A stretch of 64,000 nucleotides of DNA from Antedon mediterranea (taxonomy: Eukaryota; Animalia; Echinodermata), in NCBI RefSeq assembly GCF_964355755.1, contig NC_092680.1, positions 11,222,001 through 11,286,000 on the forward strand, in the 5' to 3' direction. Positions 57,362 to 64,000 of the stretch are shown in pieces. Each line of letters opens with the position of its first letter. Within the stretch, counting starts at the first letter, position 1. Made by a program: the position numbers and the translations under genes. The notes beneath the pieces are model-generated. The model saw only the letters and a program-made list of their open reading frames with translations, searched no databases and had not been told where the DNA came from.

Positions 57362-57483
57362 TTTTGTTTTCGTAAATGCTTCTCTCTCTTCATCATTAGT
57401 ATTTGCCGTTTTTGCTTTTGATTTGTCTTGTGCAGCTCAAATTTAATTCTGGTGCATTTGCTGCATTTTGCAAAACGATTTTC
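57362..57483 (-). CDS. Transposase exon with CxxC...H putative zinc-binding motif (ENRFAKCSKCTRIKFELHKTNQKQKRQILMMKREKHLRKQ)
   Basis: TTAATAG|GAA acceptor and AA|GTAAGT donor. The exon is 122 bp and its phases fit both neighbours. It is not in the ORF track because it is too short. Confidence 0.8.
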
Positions 57484-57775
57484 CTATTAAAAAAAATTGA
57501 AAAAATACAGCACGTAAAAATATAAAATTAAACAAATTTTGCATTCAATATAGTGAATGTAGGGAAGGAGTTGTGAGGCCCATCATACATGCATCTGGAT
57601 TGTACAGTATGTTTTTCCAGTATTTTATTATGAATGAAAATTGAACCTACAGGACTTTCTGCATAACATTGAAGTGAATTTATAAAAATACGTTAAAAAA
57701 TACTTCAGTCAATGAAGATGACATGGATTTTGTCCATTGGTACAAACCATAATAAGTGTAAAAACGTAAACATAC

Positions 57776-58026
57776 CTCAGGTATTACAATATGCTTGAAT
57801 TCAACACACCAAAACTTGTAGAATGTCGCTAATGCACACACATCTTCATTTCTTAGCTCAAACTCATCTTTCATATGCATGTACACATCATGTTTGGTAA
57901 GCGTTGATGGTAGATGATCACCGTATTCATTACAAAATTTAATAAACCAAGCCCGACACTGTTGAGTTGAATTGCTATATACCATCTTTCTGGTGAAGTT
58001 GGGTGGTAAAAGATAACAGCATCCTT
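57776..58026 (-). CDS. Transposase exon (GCCYLLPPNF...CRAWFIKFCNEYGDHLPSTLTKHDVY...TFYKFWCVEFKHIVIPE)
   Basis: TTTTTAG|AA acceptor and GAG|GTATGT donor. The exon is 251 bp, phase 1 in and phase 0 out, and lies within ORF 57680..58054. Confidence 0.8.
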
Positions 58027-58421
58027 CTAAAAAGAAATAAAATGTAAATTTCAAATATTAGGAATTTCAAATACTGTACTATTTTATTATTGTTTGGTTT
58101 AATCCATTGATTAATGACTTATGATCATTTTGCATTATCTTTCTAACATAGTGTTAAGCATATTAATTTTATTGTGTAAAAATAATTAAACAATAATCAA
58201 ATGCATTCTATTCATTTAAAAAAAAGTTATTCTCCACTCCTCGTCAGATCCTGCCTATGTCCCTGTATAATACGACTATAAGTATAATGGAATGTAATCT
58301 TCACACAGTCACAGTAATCTTTCCGTTTCAGCAACATTAAAACACATACATTAAAAGTAATATTAACAGCATGTAAAATTAAATAATGTAAAATGTACTG
58401 TAAAACTAAACAATTAATTAC

Positions 58422-58689
58422 CAATAGCTTGCTTCCTTATTTTGTAAAAAGTTGACCGGCCAATACCATTTACTAACATCCATGCTTTTGCACAAACTTT
58501 GTTAGCACCAACTAGTAGACAGATTTTGGTGGCACCTCCGGATGTGCTGAGATGTTCATTGAAATATTTAAGAATCCAACAGCGTTGTTCATATTCGGTC
58601 ATTGCTTGAAAAGCTTCCCTTGTTTGTTTTATTTCTCTAAAATTTAGCATACCAATGCACATTAACGCACAACAGCAGGTCAAATACAA
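58422..58689 (-). CDS. Transposase N-terminal Cys-rich exon (CCCALMC...EQRCWIL...VCAKAWMLVNGIGRSTFYKIRK)
   Basis: ORF 58414..58689 with donor ATTG|GTAAT at 58422 (phase 1), matching the next exon. The 5' acceptor (about 58700-58730) is not resolved. Confidence 0.7.
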
Positions 58690-59125
58690 GTTGTGTATTG
58701 GCTGTAGGTGATTCCTTTTCCTTTTTTTTTACAGAAAGAATAAACAAAATAACAATTATATGGTACCAATTGCGGAAAATGTGATCAGTCAATACGGTTT
58801 CAGAAGTTTTGGAGGTTACGTAAAACTAGGTGACTAATTCGCATTAATATATAGATACTTTTAATTCTTTGACAAACAATTTTTTTTTCGGTTCAGATAA
58901 TTTCAATTTTCGAGTGTTCAATTACAGGTTGTGCAGGTGCCTTGTTCATTAGACAGTTGTACCTATTTACATACCATACAGACATAACATTAGAACCTGA
59001 CCATAGAATCAGACACAAATGGAAACAACCAGCAATGTCCATATCTTTTAGGTACAGCACAACCATCAACATCAAGCACTATTTAATAAAAGTAGTTTTA
59101 AAAATTAATGACATATCAAACTTAC

Positions 59126-59236
59126 CACTACGCTTACTTGTGTGATTAGAGATTTTAATCTCATCATCACTTGATCCAGATGAATTAAGGTAATTAGTTT
59201 CTACAGTCTCTAGGCCTCCTGTATTTCTCTTGCAGG
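59126..59236 (-). CDS. Probable N-terminal low-complexity exon (CKRNTGGLETVETNYLNSSGSSDDEIKISNHTSKRS)
   Basis: TTTATTTAG| acceptor and G|GTAAGT donor. The exon is 111 bp and open in phase 1/1, compatible with the phase-1 donors of the upstream acidic exons. Confidence 0.5.
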
Positions 59237-59574
59237 CTAAATAAAAATATAGTAGTTTAATATTTATAGCAGCCTATGCAACATACATGTACACAGTAAT
59301 TCTTCATTTGGGGTAACTGGTGATTGATAGCAGACATTTTCAAATTTTGGATAGTGGAAGATAATATTTTGATCCAGGAGCTATAGGCTTTATGGGAGGT
59401 TATTACCATTTATCCTTTTTTTTTCACCATTATTCTCATCGTTATTAATAATGAGGTTTTTGTTATTTCTGAAGAATGCACCTTTGTAATTATTAAGTAT
59501 GCTAATGATTTAAAGGTGTAGTAGGGAAGTAAATCTAAATAAATAAACTAGCCTCTATAGAGGATACTAATATC

Positions 59575-59606
59575 TACTAGCTAGTAGTAGTAGTAGTAGT
59601 ATTATT
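59575..59606. repeat. Short (TAG)n microsatellite
   Basis: CTACTAGCTAGTAGTAGTAGTAGTAGTATTATT. Confidence 0.6.
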
Positions 59607-59726
59607 AGGCTGGCTGCTTAAAAGGTAATTCCCTATCCAAGCCTAGATGAAGTTTTGTATAAAGTTGGTAGGAGCCCTACTAAGAAAGGTTAGCAAAAGC
59701 TCATGGTTAATGTTATTGCTACTGAC

Positions 59727-59903
59727 CTGCTGATATGTCATCATCGGAAGTATCGACATCGGAAGTATCGACATCTGTTGTAGAAACCTCCATGCTTTTC
59801 TCTCTGCTGCTGGAGGAACTTTGGTAGTTGTTACTAGACAAACAGAGTCTATGTTGTAATCAGAAAATGTGCAATTTAAACTATTATCATAGAAATAATT
59901 AGA
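59727..59903 (-). pseudogene. Degenerate third copy of the acidic exon (SNYFYDNSLNCTFSD...VPPAAERKAW/EVSTTDVDTSDVDTSDDDISA)
   Basis: Homologous to 63007-63364 and 60341-60680, with donor CAG|GTCAGT. It has a 1 bp deletion (CCTCCATG versus CCTCCCATG) and a 15 bp internal duplication. Confidence 0.7.
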
Positions 59904-60340
59904 TACATTTATTGTTTAAAAGGGACTGCTAATTTCAATTTTTTATTTTATGATTCCAGATCAATTATTTATTTTACATATCAAAATAATTTCTTTTTTT
60001 TCCAGTCAAAAACCCCTGCCAAGGGGACATTATTTTGTTCCTGAAGCCTTAATAGGGGTTATACTGAACGTAACTAGAGGTGGTCCAGTGAAATAGAAAA
60101 CGTTAACAATGCAAACTTTTTTGTTAAGAACAATCTCAACGCACACAATTGTGTTATAAGTACGGAAAGGTAAATCAACACAAAAAAAACTATACTCAAC
60201 GATAAATGTCCCAATCGAATACGACATTGCTACCTCCCAGATCGGGCCCATAAAAACATAGGGATAGGCCTAGAGGCGGCCTCTACTCTAACCTAGTAAA
60301 TAACTACATAACATGTCATTGTATTGTTAAAGTTACTGAC

Positions 60341-60680
60341 CTGCTGACTCTGTCGGTATGTCATCATCAGAAGTATCGACATCTGTTGTAGAAACCTCCC
60401 ATGCTTTTCTCTTTGCTGCTGGAGGAACTTCGGTAGTCGAAATCCCAGTAGGTGACCCTTCTGTATCATCAACAGCAGAACATCCATTATTGATTGATTG
60501 AATTGAACCGTTCCCACGTACAATTAGGCCTACTTCATCATCTTCACTTGAAGAATAGTAAAGCATACGCTCAGTTGGATAAGCAGTGCTGTGTGTTGTT
60601 GTTACTTGACAAACAGATTCTGTATCGTAATCAGAAAATTTGCAATTTGATTAAATTATTATCATACATAATTAATTAGA
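60341..60680 (-). pseudogene. Second copy of the acidic exon (…PTERMLYYSSSEDDE…DDTEGSPTGISTTEVPPAAKRKAWEVSTTDVDTSDDDIPTESA)
   Basis: ORF 60333..60566 is clearly homologous to ORF 62999..63364, with donor CAG|GTCAGT at 60341. The 5' part is disrupted by an indel and stop near 60650. Confidence 0.7.
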
Positions 60681-60715
60681 TATTAAATCAAGAATGATTC
60701 CACCGAAATTTTGAG

Positions 60716-60967
60716 TTAAAATAACGATAGTGAAGCATATGAATAGGCAAACTGCCTAAAAATTGACATGTTTTGAGAAACTATTCTCATCTTCCACCAG
60801 AACAGAAAACAACGCCTAGGCTTAAGATTACTTATATACCAATAGGACAGGTTGTATGTAAATGAGGAAGTAATTAGCATGATAAAACAACAAGGAATGT
60901 AGGCAACAAACAATCATATGGCAAGCGTGACGCCTATTCATCAAATGCCTCACTATCGTTATTTTAA
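60716..60967. mobile_element. MITE-like element, ~250 bp, with ~33 bp imperfect TIRs and TTAA at both ends
   Basis: 60716-60748 (TTAAAATAACGATAGTGAAGCATATGAATAGGC) is the reverse complement of 60932-60967 (GCCTATTCATCAAATGCCTCACTATCGTTATTTTAA). The outer 18 bp match perfectly. Confidence 0.65.
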
Positions 60968-61219
60968 ATAATTAATTATATGCCACACATGGTAAAATAT
61001 TATTGAAAATGTGTATGTTTGATCTCTTCTTTGGGACACCCTTTCCCACAAACAAGTGGATATAGGCCTATTAAGGGGGCCGGCACACATTTTGAGTGTA
61101 CCTGGCAAATGGTTGATTACCCCTATATTAAGTTTTTTCTATCCCAAACACAGTACAGTACTACATACTAAAATTTCCATAGGAATAGGCCTAGGCTAGA
61201 GCCTATCTCTAGCGGATTA

Positions 61220-62833
61220 CGGTCGAAGCGGCCGCCAACCAAAGCGGCCGCTAGTTCAATAACGGTAATTTGTATGGAACGCCGTGTGCGCTTTGATTGT
61301 CGTTGTTTTGTAATTTTTGATTGTCATTGTTTCGATCCACAGGTTTTCTTTTCCTCGGACGTAAATAACAACCTACATTATTAATATTATGTAATATATT
61401 CTCTTTTTTTACAGATTGAATGTGATACGTTCTTTTAAACGAAATGGCGAATCGATGATTACTTACTTTAACTGTTCTAAATGATATATATGTTTAATAA
61501 AGTCAATAAAAAACATTCTGGTGTTTTTATTGTATAATAATATATAATAAGCCAATTATTAAGAATAATATATATATTTTTTCAATAAAGTATATCAAAA
61601 TATATATATTTGTTATTGTATATTAATATATTAGTAAAGTAACTACTGTAAGTAGTACGTGTTCGCAAACATAATTTAATGACAATAACATGATGACATC
61701 AATTTATTTATTTAATATCCTAAATTGTTTTATACCTTCAGATATATAAATATTGATCAATTTAAAATGAGTTTTAAATAATAAAATAAGATGCAAGTGT
61801 CTGTACGGTACGGTAATTAATTACGCGAATTGCGGCTAATAACTCGACTGGCGGCCGGCCGGCCAGGAATAGTGCTGTAGAAGGTCACGTTTTCGTCTTC
61901 ACGTTGCTTTATTGAAAACACAAACAATGTATTACAATGGAATAACAGTTAAATGTATAACACACCCTATTACTATTCAATAAAAACAAGTTCGATAGTA
62001 CAGTGTAAACGAGATATAAAAATTTGGCAATACCGTACGTAACTTATTATTGCAATACTGTATAAAGATTCGATGTAAATGAGATATAAAGATTCGGCAA
62101 TACCGTACGTAAATTATTAATGCAATACTGTATAAAGATTCGATTTAAATGAGATATAAATATTCGGCAATACCGTACGTAAATTATTATTGCAATACTG
62201 TATAAAGATTCGATGTAAATGAGATATAAAGATTCGGCAATACCGTACGTAAATTATTAATGCAATACTGTATAAAGACTCGATAGTATGTAAATGAGAT
62301 ATAAAGATTCGGCAATACCTTAGTACGTAAATTATTATTGCAATACTGTAAAAAGATTCTATGAGATAATTAAGGATTCAGCAATACCGTACGTAAATTA
62401 TTATTGCAATACTGTATAAGGATTCGATAGTATGTAAATGAGATATAAATATTCGGCAATACCGTGCGTAGATTATTAATGCAATACTGTATAAAGATTC
62501 GATAGGAGAGTGCTCAAGAAACGTCGGGTCAACGTAAATTATTAATGATTCGATAGTATATGTAAATATATTTAGTTAGTTAATATTAAAATACAAATAA
62601 AATATACATTGATTTATCGGCAGGCAAACTTAATTATTATAGAAATATAAAGATTCGATAGTACATGATTTGGCTTATATTTATTGGTTTGACCATACAT
62701 ACAATTACTGTAACTCAACTCGCCATAGGCCATGGCGTTGACAACGACAATCAAAGATTAAAGCGCACATGGCGTTCCATACAAATGACGATATTAAACT
62801 GGCGGCCGCTTTGGTTGGCGGCCGCTTCGACCA
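61220..62833. mobile_element. Non-autonomous TIR DNA transposon, ~1.6 kb, TA-flanked, Tc1/mariner-pogo-like
   Basis: Inverted repeats of ~87-93 bp at 61220-61306 and 62741-62833 (GGTCGAAGCGGCCGCCAACCAAAGCGGCCGC...TTTGTATGGAACGCC.TGTGCGCTTT..GATTGTCGTTGT). TA lies immediately outside both ends and there is no internal transposase ORF. Confidence 0.85.
61990..62505. repeat. ~70 bp (70-75 bp) minisatellite, about 7 copies, inside the TIR element
   Basis: Unit GATTCGGCAATACCGTACGTAAATTATTAATGCAATACTGTATAAAGATTCGATGTAAATGAGATATAAA starts at ~62021, 62091, 62161, 62231, 62306, ~62375 and ~62450. Confidence 0.92.
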
Positions 62834-62841
62834 TACTCCTC

Positions 62842-62990
62842 TCTAGCTAGGCTTAGTAATAAGTAATATTTACTAGGCCCAGGCCTAGGGCCTAGTACTA
62901 GTAGTAGTAAATAACTAGGCCTCTAGCTAGGCCTAGGCTAGGCCTACCTAGGTATGAACATTCATTGTTGTAGGCTAGGCTAGGCCTATA
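62842..62990. repeat. Low-complexity CTAG/AGGCCT palindromic tract
   Basis: Dense CTAGGC/TAGGCCTA/CTAG motifs. Similar short patches occur at 60265-60295 and 61185-61212. Confidence 0.6.
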
Positions 62991-63006
62991 TTGTATTGTT
63001 ACTCAC

Positions 63007-63364
63007 CTGCTGCTGCTGACTCTGTCTGTATGTCATCATCAGAAGTATCGAAATCTGTTGAAGAAACCTCCCATGCTTTTCTCTTTGCTGCTGGAAGAAC
63101 TTCGGTAGTCGGAAGAACTTCGGTAGTCGAAATCCCAGTAGGCGACCCTTCTGTATCATCTACTCCTAGGACTAGGCCTATGCCTAGGCCTTCTTCATCG
63201 TCTTCACTTGAAGAATAGTATAGCATACGCTCAGCAGTTGGAACAGGGTGTTCTGTCGTGCCATCATCAGAAAATGTGATATTCATAATGTTATTATCGT
63301 AGAAATATGCATCGTCTTCGCTTGAGTATTGAAGCATTAGCTCAGAGTCGCTTATCATGTTCAT
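63007..63364 (-). CDS. Probable first coding exon: acidic, Ser/Thr-rich, likely disordered, with a KRK basic patch
   Basis: ORF 62999..63364 runs from ATG to a strong donor CAG|GTGAGT at 63007 (phase 1). Linkage to the transposase is inferred from strand and phase. Confidence 0.6.
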
Positions 63365-63460
63365 GATTTAACAAATTGATAAAAGAAATGAACAATATAC
63401 GGTTTTATGTTCATTTAACCGTCATTCGCATCTAATCTTTGGAAAAAGCGCGAACGAATT

Positions 63461-63512
63461 TGATTGGCTGCTGCAGCTGATCAACGTTATATTATTTCAT
63501 GTGACGTCGTCA
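63461..63512 (-). promoter_or_regulatory. Candidate proximal promoter: CCAAT box (CAGCCAATCA) and CRE-like TGACGTC
   Basis: The motifs lie about 100-145 bp upstream of the ATG at 63364 on the minus strand. This is a motif match only. Confidence 0.3.
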
Positions 63513-64000
63513 ACGTCCAATGCAATTACAATACTGTACTTTATTCATTTTAAAACAAACCGAAATTGTCCACTTTTCCATTACTGAAACTGATTTAGGA
63601 TCAACCTGAGTTTTCGGCATGTATTGAATATAGGACTATTCCATTATTATTTATAGGGGTGTTAGTCAATATGTTGGGTTGGGTGTGCCAGGCTTGTTGA
63701 GGCTTCTATTGTTCGTGTCATTGTGCCAATTGTTTTGTATTTCACTGTGTTTGATAAAAACAAACAAAAAACTGCTGCTATAGTTAGCCTATGTGTCTGT
63801 AAATTATATCGTATTTTACACTATATTTATATAGCCTATAGGCCCTAACATGTTTTTTACCGTCAACAGTTAAATCATATCATGTTATATTTTACATTTC
63901 ATGTAATATTATTATATGTTTTTTTTTCTCAACAGCCGAATCAAGTTATATAGCCTCTTACAAATAACAAGAAAAAATACATTCAAACGTTATTCACAAT

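Larger units (their letters stand above)
54623..63364 (-). pseudogene. Multi-exon DDD transposase gene (Sola1-like/DUF7869-like), frameshifted as assembled
   Basis: Hand-spliced GT-AG exons: 63364-63007, 59236-59126, ~58700-58422, 58026-57776, 57483-57362, 56891-56501, 56185-55679, 55273-55146, 54952-54623. The last seven have consistent phases except for one missing base near 55760. Motifs present: CSKC...H, DGMDQ, LDN..KDNKN, GHTHEDIDQ. Confidence 0.75.
53329..64000 (-). mobile_element. Putative large Sola1-like DNA transposon abutting or inserted in the satellite; the other end was not found in the window
   Basis: Abrupt junction with the satellite. Candidate terminus (AA)CACGATTTTGTGCCATAACGG is followed by a small hairpin CGGATT-TCTAC-AATCCG. 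The region contains a spliced DDD transposase gene and subterminal tandem repeats. No matching inverted terminus was seen, so the boundaries are inferred. Confidence 0.5.

Noticed and set aside
57880-57930. Possible small in-frame deletion at YGDHLPSTLTK relative to recalled homologues
   Set aside because: Based only on memory of family alignments and cannot be supported without a search.
58227-58424. Minus-strand 65 aa ORF
   Set aside because: Lies in the intron between phase-matched exons 58422 and 58026 and has no recognisable motif.
58893-60913. Short ORFs 58893-59075, 58942-59145, 60030-60251, 60293-60523, 60494-60679 and 60716-60913
   Set aside because: Intronic, antisense or alternative-frame ORFs without motifs or splice support.
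61071-61110. TTAAGGGGGCC as a possible Kolobok/piggyBac terminus
   Set aside because: No matching inverted partner was found in the window.
62665-63218. Plus-strand ORFs 62665-62850 and 62991-63218
   Set aside because: The first runs through a TIR. The second is antisense to the acidic exon.

Overview
Eukaryotic, probably animal, AT-rich genomic DNA in two parts. (1) Bases 1-53328 are one uninterrupted, single-orientation satellite array of about 620 monomers. Monomers are about 87-88 bp, with a recurring 78 bp deletion variant, and are anchored on AAAATGGTCTAAAACG. A few monomer classes follow fixed neighbour rules, and the array is layered into nested duplications with offsets of about 1.1, 1.2, 3.5, 4.0, 13-15 and 28-30 kb. 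It looks centromeric or pericentromeric, but this is inference. All ORFs in this part are spurious. (2) At 53329 the array stops mid-monomer with no degenerate fringe. What follows is about 10.7 kb of unique sequence dominated by a minus-strand, multi-exon DDD-type transposase gene of Sola1-like/DUF7869-like type (CxxC..H; IIIDGMDQ; LQLDN..KDNKN; FLMVGHTHEDIDQLFS; small C-terminal beta-rich domain). Seven exons were hand-spliced with consistent phases apart from one -1 frameshift. The region also holds a triplicated acidic N-terminal exon, a 56 bp palindrome-bearing minisatellite, a 1.6 kb TA-flanked TIR element with an internal ~70 bp tandem array, and a ~250 bp TTAA-flanked MITE-like element. 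Family assignments come from recalled motifs, not database searches.
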